Of a stretch of DNA of 64,000 nucleotides, positions 56,512 through 64,000 are shown piece after piece (the first letter of the stretch is position 1; every line of letters starts with the position of its first letter). The translations under genes were made by a program, and so were the position numbers. The stretch is taken from contig JAXHMG010000003.1 in the NCBI GenBank assembly GCA_034521595.1, positions 352,001 to 416,000 on the forward strand, given 5' to 3'. The DNA is from Gemmatimonadota bacterium. GTDB lineage: Bacteria > Gemmatimonadota > Gemmatimonadetes > Longimicrobiales > Gaopeijiaceae. The notes beneath the pieces are model-generated. The model searched no databases, was not told where the DNA came from, and worked only from the letters and a program-made list of their open reading frames with translations.

Positions 56512-57744
56512 TCACTCCCCGCTCGAGCCCAGCACGGACTTCACGGCCTGGACGAACGCGTCTCGGTGCTCGGTGAATGCCTCGCCGGTCGGCTCGGGCC
56601 AGGCGCCGTGCGTCGCGATGACCAGGTCGAGGGACGGATCGACGTGGATCATCTGCCCGAAGATCCCGCGGGCCGTGAACGAGCCGTCACCTTCGAGCCA
56701 CCAGAGGTAGCCGTACCCCGGGTTCGTGGGTGAGGGCGTGGTGGATTCCTCCATCCAGCCGTCCGGGAGCACGCGGCGGCCGTCGTCCAGCACGCCATCC
56801 GCCAGCGCGAAGAGCCCCAGCCGGGCGTAGTCCCGGAGGGTGGCGCTGATGCAGCATCCCGCGTACTCGGGTCCGTACGGCTCCACGAGCATCCAGTTGG
56901 CGTCTCCCTCCATGCCGAACGGCTCCCAGACCTTTTGGCGCAGGTAGGCGGAGAGGTTGTTCCCGACCGCGGCCCGGACCACCGCGCCCACGAGGTAGAT
57001 CTCGCCGGTGCTGTAGTTGAAGCGGGTGCCGGGCTCCGCGACGCGCGGCTTTCCCCCGAGGAACCGGAGCCGCTCGATCGCGTCGAAGTCGATCTCCCGG
57101 CTCACGTCGGACTCCGGATCGGTGTAATCCTCGTCCCACTCGACCCCGGAGCTCATGCGGAGGAGGTCCCGGATCCGCACCCGGTCGTACGCGCTGCCCT
57201 CGAGCAGGGGGAGGTAGCGCGTGACGGGATCGTCCACGCTAGCGATGTAGCCGTCCCGAAGGGCCGCGCCCATCAAGAGCGAGACGACCGACTTCGCGAC
57301 CGAGTACGAAACCCACCGAGTGGACGGTCCGTTGGGTTCGTCGTAGCGCTCGAGCCGGATCGTTCCGTCCTGGACGACGATGAGGCCCGTGACGTGGTTG
57401 TGCGTCAGGAAGTCCTCGAGGTCGTGCGTCCGGCCGTCGACCGTGTAGCTCAGCCCGGCGACGTCGAGTGGCCGGCTCGGGAGGGCAGAGGGCTCGGCGC
57501 TCGCCGGGATGCTCCTCGTGTCGAAGATCCGGTGGTAGTTGGGGAATCCGGCGAGTTGCTCCTCCGGAGTCCAGAGGAGAACGCTGTCGGGGTGGCCGAA
57601 GGCCAGGCTGTCGGGGACCTCGGTCGAGGGGTCCTCACCTGCAGCGGGTCGTTCGCCGTCCGGAGCACAAGCCACGATGAGGGCCACCGCTCCCACCACG
57701 GGAAGGCGCGTGGCCGCTCTCGCTCGTCTCTGGGTCGCCCGCAT
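56512..57744 (-). CDS. Serine hydrolase lipoprotein, beta-lactamase class C / NylB-like
   Basis: SVAK (SxxK), FNYST, LLRMSSG, GYGYLWW, ARGIFGQ. Lipobox LIVAC. Confidence 0.9.
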   Translation of the reverse strand: MRATQRRARAATRLPVVGAVALIVACAPDGERPAAGEDPSTEVPDSLAFGHPDSVLLWTPEEQLAGFPNYHRIFDTRSIPASAEPSALPSRPLDVAGLSYTVDGRTHDLEDFLTHNHVTGLIVVQDGTIRLERYDEPNGPSTRWVSYSVAKSVVSLLMGAALRDGYIASVDDPVTRYLPLLEGSAYDRVRIRDLLRMSSGVEWDEDYTDPESDVSREIDFDAIERLRFLGGKPRVAEPGTRFNYSTGEIYLVGAVVRAAVGNNLSAYLRQKVWEPFGMEGDANWMLVEPYGPEYAGCCISATLRDYARLGLFALADGVLDDGRRVLPDGWMEESTTPSPTNPGYGYLWWLEGDGSFTARGIFGQMIHVDPSLDLVIATHGAWPEPTGEAFTEHRDAFVQAVKSVLGSSGE

Positions 57745-58088
57745 CGAAGGAATTCACCGCTCATGGTTGTGCAGATGGATCCGTGCCGGGCCGCAAGGTA
57801 CAACGATCCGGGCCCGGGGATCACTCCTTCGCCGTTCTTGGCGCGCCCGCTCACGTCGATAGCGGGAGCACGGGAGTGGACGGCTCCTCATCCTCCGCCC
57901 GATTCGCACGGCAACCCACATGCCATCGTCAAGGCGGATGCTCGCGACCGAACGTCGGTCACAACGACGGACGGGTGGGCCGAAGCCTGTCAGAGTGGCG
58001 CAGAGGGCGTGCTCTCCGTCGGCTGTTCCGGTTCCGGGACGTCCCGTAGCTTGTCGAGGGGCTACTTTTCCCTACTTCGAACGGACAC

Positions 58089-61000
58089 ATGAAGGACTCG
58101 CCTCTTCCGGACTCGACGCTTCTCGGCGCCGGGCGGATGGGACATCATGCCGGTCAGGTGGGAGGTGACTCCATACCCGGCCCCCTTCCACTCGTTGGTC
58201 GCGACGCCGATCTCCACGCGCTGTGGGGACTCCTCGACGGGAACGGGAGAGGAGCTTCGGTCGCCGTGATCTCCGGTGAGGGCGGGGTGGGGAAGTCCCG
58301 CCTGGCCGCGGAGCTCGCGCGACGCGCCGAAGGCGAGGGATGGAGCGTCGTGCAAGGTCGGGCCTACCCGGTCGAAACCGGCGTGCCGTACGCGCTCTTC
58401 GCCGATGCTTTCCTTCCAATTATGCGCGAGATGGACCCCGCCCGGCTCGCGATCCTGAGCCGGGGCGGTGAGGCGGAGCTGCGCCGACTCTTCCCGGCGC
58501 TCGGCGGTGGGGAGCGGTTCGTCGACGACTCGGGCGACCCCACGGAGTTCCGCACGCGTCTGTTGTGGAACTTCACCGAGTTCACGAAGAGCTACGGCAA
58601 ACGGTCACCTCTCTTGTTGGTGCTCGAAGATCTGCAATGGGCCGACGGTTCCTCTCTCGAGCTCCTCCACTTCCTCGCGCGCCAGGTCACGGAGGACCCG
58701 GTCTTCATCGTGTGCACGTACAACGACGCCGAGCGTGAGCCGAACGCCCAGCTCGTGCGCACGGAGCGCTCCCTGATGAGTCTCGGCGTCGCCGCGCTCC
58801 ATCGCCTCGACCCGCTCGGGCTCGAGGATGTGGTGCACCTCGTGAGCGCGACGTTCGACACGGAGGCGACCGTGGTGCGCGATCTCGCGGCGCTGCTGTT
58901 CGAATGGACGCGTGGCAATGCGTTCTTCATCGAAGAGATCCTGAAGTCGATGGTCGCTTCCGGGAGGCTTTGTCGCGAGGACGGCGTGTGGGTGGGATGG
59001 GACGCCGCGGACTTCTCTCTTCCGGGCTCGATTCGTGATGCGGTGCTCGATCGGATCCGTGCCTTGTCCCCCGATGCGCGGACCGTGATCGAGCTCGCGG
59101 CCGTCGTCGGTGCGCGCGCACGCTATCCCGTCATCGCGGCACTGAGTCGGTTGGAAGAAGCGGACTTGCTCGCGGCCTTGGACGAGCTCCGCGTCCACGG
59201 TGTGCTCGAGGAGCGGGAGGAGGGCGATGTCGTGGTGTACGTTTTCGCCCATCCTCTGGTGCGCCAGACGCTGTACCGTGAGTTGGGGCTCCAACGGGCG
59301 CGCGTGCTTCACGGACGGGTGGCGGAAGCCCTGGAGGTGGTTCATGGGGACCGCGCGCTCGAGCACGCGGACGAGCTTGCGTACCACTTCTCGCGTACCG
59401 ATTCGGCGACGTTGCGGTCGAAGGCCGCCGCGTATCTGACCGCGGCTGGACGGCGGGCCCTCGATCGGCGCGCGGACCAGGAGGCGGTGCGGTATCTCGA
59501 GGAGGCCAGGGAGCTCACGCATACCGAGTCTCCGACGGACGAGGGGCCCGACAGGGTGGAGCTCGCGTCGCTCCTGGCCCGAGCAAAGCAACATCTGGGT
59601 GAGTTCGATGAGGCGGTGGCGCTGTGGACGGAGGCCTTGGAAGGTGTGCCCGCGGGAGACCGGAAGCGTCTGGACCTCATGCGCGCGCTAGGCATGGCGC
59701 ATTTCTGGTGTGGCCGCCACGAGGAAGCCCACCGGGTGCTCGACGCGGGGTTTGACGCGGCGCGAGTGGCGGGCGATGCGGAAGCCATGGTACGGCTGCG
59801 CGTGGCGAAGGGTCACTGCCTGCACGAGGTCGGGCGAGGAGACGAAGCCCTGGAAACCGTCCGCTTGGCACTGCCGCTGGCCGAAGAGCTTTCCGACGCG
59901 GCGCTCCTCGCCCGGGTGCACCGGGCGCTCGAGCTCCTCCATGTCTGGATCGGCCCGCCGGGCCTGGCTCACGAGCACGGTCATCGGGCCATCGAGCTCG
60001 CGCTGAAGGTCGGAGACGTCTCCGTAGAGTTCTGGGCCCGGTGGGGTTGGGCGGTGTTGGGCGGTATGCGTGGCGACCCGGAGCGCACGCACGAGGCCAT
60101 CGCAGAGCTGACCGAGCTCGCCGATCGGGCGAGATCGCCCGTTCTGCGGCTGTGGACGGACGAGCTGGAGATCGAGTTCGCGTACGGACGCGGGGAATGG
60201 GACGCGGGCATGGCGCTCGGGGAACGCGCGATCACGCTGGCCACCGATCTCCGTCAGCGCACCATTCTTCCGCGGCTCCTCGTTTGGACCGCCCAGTTCC
60301 ATCTGGGTCGAGGACATCAGGAGCGGGCACGGGAGTTGATCGACCGGGCCGTGGAGATGGCTCGGCCCGATCAGATCGATCGGCCGGTCGACGTTCATCA
60401 GGTGGTGCCGACGTGCATCGGGCTCGCACACTACCGGATCGGCGTGGGGGACTATGCCGGAGCCATCGAGGCCGGCGAGCGGGGCTTCGAGATCGCCGAA
60501 GGGACCGGCTACACGCTCTGGGCGGTGCACCGCCTCCTACCGGTTCTGGCGGAAGCCTGCCTCTGGGCCGGCGAGATCGACCGCGCCGGGCAGATCGGCA
60601 CACGGCTCCGGACGAACGCCGAGAGGCTCGACCACAAGCTCGGTCTGGCGTGGGCCGATGCTTGTGATGCGCTCGTGCGTTGGAAACAGGGCGATCCGAA
60701 GGGAGCGATCGCCCTCATGCGGCGGTCTTCCGCATCGCTCGAGGAGATACCGATGATTCCGTATGCGGCTCGCGTCCGGCGGCAGCTCGCCGGGCGCCTC
60801 CTCGAGATCGGGGACCGGGAAGGCGCCCTTGCGGAGCTGAAGCACGTGCACGAGACCTGTGTCCGACTCGGCGCGACCCCCGAGCTCGAGAAGACCCGGC
60901 TCATGTTTCGGGAGGCCGGCCATCCGGCGCCTCCGAAAGGGTCGGGCGAGGGCCTGGCGGGCCTCACCGATCGTGAGATGGAGGTGGCTCGCCTGACCGT

Positions 61001-61154
61001 CCAGCGCCTCACCAACGCCGAGATCGGACGACGTCTGGGCATCGCGGCGCGCACGGTCAGCACGCACCTTTCGAAGATCTACGGCAAGCTCGACATCGGT
61101 TCGCGAGGTGAGCTCGCCGATCTCGTGCGGGAACGCGTGGAGGACGCCCCATGA
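58089..61154 (+). CDS. LAL-type regulator (STAND AAA ATPase, TPR, LuxR HTH)
   Basis: LVGRD, Walker A GEGGVGKS, Walker B LVLEDLQWAD, TRGNAFF, C-terminal LTDREMEVA..TNAEIG..TVSTHLSKIYGKL. Confidence 0.92.
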   Translation: MKDSPLPDSTLLGAGRMGHHAGQVGGDSIPGPLPLVGRDADLHALWGLLDGNGRGASVAVISGEGGVGKSRLAAELARRAEGEGWSVVQGRAYPVETGVPYALFADAFLPIMREMDPARLAILSRGGEAELRRLFPALGGGERFVDDSGDPTEFRTRLLWNFTEFTKSYGKRSPLLLVLEDLQWADGSSLELLHFLARQVTEDPVFIVCTYNDAEREPNAQLVRTERSLMSLGVAALHRLDPLGLEDVVHLVSATFDTEATVVRDLAALLFEWTRGNAFFIEEILKSMVASGRLCREDGVWVGWDAADFSLPGSIRDAVLDRIRALSPDARTVIELAAVVGARARYPVIAALSRLEEADLLAALDELRVHGVLEEREEGDVVVYVFAHPLVRQTLYRELGLQRARVLHGRVAEALEVVHGDRALEHADELAYHFSRTDSATLRSKAAAYLTAAGRRALDRRADQEAVRYLEEARELTHTESPTDEGPDRVELASLLARAKQHLGEFDEAVALWTEALEGVPAGDRKRLDLMRALGMAHFWCGRHEEAHRVLDAGFDAARVAGDAEAMVRLRVAKGHCLHEVGRGDEALETVRLALPLAEELSDAALLARVHRALELLHVWIGPPGLAHEHGHRAIELALKVGDVSVEFWARWGWAVLGGMRGDPERTHEAIAELTELADRARSPVLRLWTDELEIEFAYGRGEWDAGMALGERAITLATDLRQRTILPRLLVWTAQFHLGRGHQERARELIDRAVEMARPDQIDRPVDVHQVVPTCIGLAHYRIGVGDYAGAIEAGERGFEIAEGTGYTLWAVHRLLPVLAEACLWAGEIDRAGQIGTRLRTNAERLDHKLGLAWADACDALVRWKQGDPKGAIALMRRSSASLEEIPMIPYAARVRRQLAGRLLEIGDREGALAELKHVHETCVRLGATPELEKTRLMFREAGHPAPPKGSGEGLAGLTDREMEVARLTVQRLTNAEIGRRLGIAARTVSTHLSKIYGKLDIGSRGELADLVRERVEDAP

Positions 61155-61207
61155 GCGGCGTCCTCACCTTCGTGCCCTCCTCACCCGTCAGGGTCGGACC
61201 CTCGCGC

Positions 61208-61546
61208 CTATGCCTTCGTCGGTCGCGGCATCCGACCTGACGAGAGCTCGCCGGCTTTTCGAGGTCGACGGGTCACGGAGGAGACGATGATCCGCTCCTC
61301 TACCGGGGCCGAGTCCCGCACGACGAAGCGGCACACCCCGGACCCCAACCCCGCTTCGAAATCCAGCACGTCCTCCCGGCGGAGCTCGACCGAGTAGCCG
61401 TCGTTCAGGTCGGGAAGGAGGATCACTCTGGTGTCGGTCAGCTCGCCGATGTAGCCCTCCAGGACGGTCGTGGATTCGGCTGAAAGCCCGCGGGTCGGCT
61501 CCGGGAAGGTGTCGCCGGAAACGTGGTCGGTGGTGTAGCGCATCAT
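61208..61546 (-). CDS. Hypothetical protein
   Basis: GAGGGGG RBS, plausible globular sequence and codon usage; no family recognised. Confidence 0.55.
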   Translation of the reverse strand: MMRYTTDHVSGDTFPEPTRGLSAESTTVLEGYIGELTDTRVILLPDLNDGYSVELRREDVLDFEAGLGSGVCRFVVRDSAPVEERIIVSSVTRRPRKAGELSSGRMPRPTKA

Positions 61547-61623
61547 CTTGCCCCCTCGCTGGAATGGTACCGGTGCTGCGTATCGTCCGGTCTCCAGAGT
61601 GGGCGATGCTGCCCTTGGGCCCC

Positions 61624-61641
61624 ATACGTAGTGTGACGTAT
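61624..61641. promoter_or_regulatory. Inverted repeat ATACGT-N6-ACGTAT, putative operator
   Basis: Perfect AT-rich palindrome in a GC-rich intergenic region, upstream of the 61546 gene and near the LAL gene. Confidence 0.45.
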
Positions 61642-61683
61642 ACGGGGGGGCTCGAGGGCCTACGTCATGCTCCGCTCGTCATC

Positions 61684-62079
61684 TCACGCCGCTCCCAGCT
61701 TTCGGGTTTCGGCTTCGTCCCGTTCGAAGGCGAAGTCTTCAGCGGACAGCTCGGGCCAGTGCGCCAAGATGCGCGCGGCGCTCGCCTGTCCGGCCCGGCC
61801 CGCGCGCTGCTCGGTTCGCACGCGCGCCACCGTCTGTTTCAGGTCCATGCACGAGAGCCACCAGTCGAGCACCTCGACCTCGAGCTCGTTGCCGCTCACC
61901 AAGTTGGTGGTATCTCCGTCGAGCAGTTGGAGGCGGTGTCCACAATAACGCTCGGTTTCGTCTACGGAGCATGTGCAGTGAGCGGACATGTGACCGGCTG
62001 AGTGGCGGATGAACGTCACCTCGTGGTCGACTCCTTCGGAGTCGCGTACCACGAAGGTGAAGCTTTGCAGATTCGCCAT
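61684..62079 (-). CDS. Small SWIM zinc-finger-like protein
   Basis: CTC-x8-CGH (CxC..CxH); GAGAGG RBS. Confidence 0.7.
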   Translation of the reverse strand: MANLQSFTFVVRDSEGVDHEVTFIRHSAGHMSAHCTCSVDETERYCGHRLQLLDGDTTNLVSGNELEVEVLDWWLSCMDLKQTVARVRTEQRAGRAGQASAARILAHWPELSAEDFAFERDEAETRKLGAA

Positions 62080-62281
62080 GTCGTTACGCCTCTCGATACC
62101 GAGGATGCGACTGTTCGCGCTGCGGGCTTCTCGTGCGTCCCCGTCTGGGGGTGCTGCGCCGTGAACACTCGACGAGCCGCGATCGGGTCACATGCGGGCA
62201 ACCGGTGGGGCTGGCGCGTCGCGAAACGCGGCGGCATGATGGGCACGACCCACCGTTCGCTTCGGTCCGGAGGACGTGTCC

Positions 62282-64000
62282 ATGCTCGACCGTGTTACGA
62301 TTCGCCCGCGCCTCGTCTCGTTGTGTCTGCTCTTCTGTACTGCATGTTCGGGACCAGACGCCCCGACCGGGGGTGCTGAAGAGTGGTCCACCACGGACTA
62401 TGCCCCACAGAATCGCCCCGATGTGAGGGGCACGACCGGCGCGGTGTCGTCGGATCACCCGCTGGCCACCGAAGTGGGGATGGCGGTGCTGCGAGATGGT
62501 GGCACGGCGACCGACGCGGTCATCGCGATGGCGGGAGTGCTCGCCGTCACCCGTCCGCACATGAACGGGATCGGTGGCGACGCCTTCGGGATCTTTTACG
62601 ACGGGGAGACCGACGAGGTCACGGCACTCAACGCCAGCGGGCGCTCGGGCGCGCTGGCGACGCCCGAGTTCTTCCGAGAAGCCGGGCTCGACGAGATCCC
62701 CGGGAAGGGGGCGCTGTCCGTGAGCGTTCCGGGCGCGGTCGCGGGTTGGGTCGATGCGCACGAACGGTTCGGCACACTACCCTTCGCCGAGTTGCTGGAG
62801 CCCGCGATCGGGTTCGCGCGGGACGGCTTCCCCGTTTCGACCCGCCTCGCCCGGGATTTCGTGGCGCAGGGAGACGACCTGAACGAAGAGGGGCGCGCCC
62901 TCTATCTGCCGGGTGGCTCACCGCCACCCGTCGGGTCGTTGCTCGCGAATCCCGCGCTCGCCGCGTCGTTGGAGACCGTCGCGACGCGAGGGAAGGCCGG
63001 GTTCTACGAAGGCGAGATCGCGCGCGCGCTCGCCGAGTTCGTGGAGGAAGAAGGTGGCTACCTCCGGGCCAGCGATTTCGCGGCGCACACGTCGACGTGG
63101 GTGGAGCCCCTCCGGACCCGGTATCTGGGTCACACCTTCCTGGCCATGCCGCCCAACACCCAGGGGCCGGCGCAGCTCGCCCTCATGGAGATGTCCAAGG
63201 CCCACCCGCTGGCCGAGATGGAGCACAACGGAGTCGATTACCTCCACACGCTCATCGAGCTCAAGAAGTTGGCCTTCGCCGACCGTGACCGTTGGGTCGC
63301 CGATCCGGCCCACGCCGACGTTCCCGTCGACCGGCTCCTCGATCCGGAGTACCTGAGCGAGCGAGCGGAAAGGGTCGATCCGGAGCGGGCGGCGGCGGAG
63401 GTTGCGCCCGGGTTCGGCGCGGAGCTCACGGCGGCCGGGGCGGGTGAGCCCGACGATGCCGGTGACACGGTCTACCTCACCGCCGTGGATCAATGGGGCA
63501 ACGCGGTGAGCTGGATCCAGAGCAACTTCGCCGGCTTCGGCTCCGGGCTCGTGGAGCCGACGACCGGCATCCTTCTTCAGAACCGGGGCGCGCTCTTTAC
63601 GCTCCAGGAGGGACATCCGAACCAGGTCGCGCCCGAGAAGCGTCCGTATCACACGCTCTCTCCGGTCATGGCGCTCGACGGATCCGGTGGTTTGGCGTTC
63701 ACCGTCGGGACGCCGGGCGGAGACAGCCAACCCCAGTCGATCCTGCAGATCGTGCACAACCTGCTGTTGTTCGACATGACGCCTCAGGAGGCCGTCGAGG
63801 CGGCACGGTTCCGCTCGTACGGCGGCGTGCGCGTCTCGCTCGAGAACCGCGTGCCCGCAGACGTGGCGCGGGGCCTCGCGGCACGGGGGCACGACCTGTC
63901 GCTCGTCGACGGATGGACCGCGACGTTCGGTGGATCGCAGATGATTGTGTACGACTCCGAGGTCGGGGTGCTCACCGCCGCTGCCGATCCCCGTAGAGAA
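62282..64000 (+). CDS. ggt: Gamma-glutamyltransferase lipoprotein (3' end outside window)
   Basis: GGAGG RBS. MLDRVTIRPRLVSLCLLFCTAC, SSDHPLAT, GIGGDAF, nucleophile GDTVYLTAVDQWGNAVS, GTPGG, ends ADPRRE at the window edge. Absent from the ORF track because there is no stop. Confidence 0.93.
   Translation, partial: MLDRVTIRPRLVSLCLLFCTACSGPDAPTGGAEEWSTTDYAPQNRPDVRGTTGAVSSDHPLATEVGMAVLRDGGTATDAVIAMAGVLAVTRPHMNGIGGDAFGIFYDGETDEVTALNASGRSGALATPEFFREAGLDEIPGKGALSVSVPGAVAGWVDAHERFGTLPFAELLEPAIGFARDGFPVSTRLARDFVAQGDDLNEEGRALYLPGGSPPPVGSLLANPALAASLETVATRGKAGFYEGEIARALAEFVEEEGGYLRASDFAAHTSTWVEPLRTRYLGHTFLAMPPNTQGPAQLALMEMSKAHPLAEMEHNGVDYLHTLIELKKLAFADRDRWVADPAHADVPVDRLLDPEYLSERAERVDPERAAAEVAPGFGAELTAAGAGEPDDAGDTVYLTAVDQWGNAVSWIQSNFAGFGSGLVEPTTGILLQNRGALFTLQEGHPNQVAPEKRPYHTLSPVMALDGSGGLAFTVGTPGGDSQPQSILQIVHNLLLFDMTPQEAVEAARFRSYGGVRVSLENRVPADVARGLAARGHDLSLVDGWTATFGGSQMIVYDSEVGVLTAAADPRRE

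Noticed and set aside
1-64000. rRNA, tRNA (including tRNA-Sec), CRISPR arrays, IS elements and integrases
   Set aside because: None recognised by eye. tRNAscan-SE, Infernal and ISEScan would be needed to exclude them formally.

Overview
A GC-rich bacterial window with about 50 CDS. Gene content (Vps10-like propeller proteins, many lipoproteins, a TonB receptor) suggests Gemmatimonadota, which is an inference only. I found no rRNA, tRNA, CRISPR array or IS element. Modules in order: (1) ECF sigma, zf-HC2 anti-sigma and an apparently exported TPR-CHAT caspase-like protease, next to modular surface lipoproteins; (2) amidohydrolase, TM2 protein and two divergent Vps10/BNR proteins; (3) ATP-grasp ligase plus CocE/NonD hydrolase; (4) a tightly coupled six-gene heme operon (membrane-fused alpha-dioxygenase-like enzyme, small protein, two RoxA-like di-heme cytochromes c, DUF2235 lipase, catalase-related protein) downstream of an acyl-ACP desaturase and thioesterase, a candidate oxylipin pathway; (5) an AhpD/CMD gene split by an in-frame UGA in a CxxU motif with a SECIS-like hairpin (a probable selenoprotein), upstream of a TonB receptor and YnjBCD-like ABC transporter; (6) a redox/copper island in which five genes share a GAAC-N18-GTT ECF promoter, with a SigR/RsrA-like pair, a NemR-like TetR and operator, and duplicated DUF3179 genes; (7) serine hydrolase, LAL regulator, SWIM protein and a GGT running off the end. 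Several frameshifts (about 3460, 6290, 7255, 19000) look like sequencing indels. All family calls come from motif recognition by eye, not database searches.
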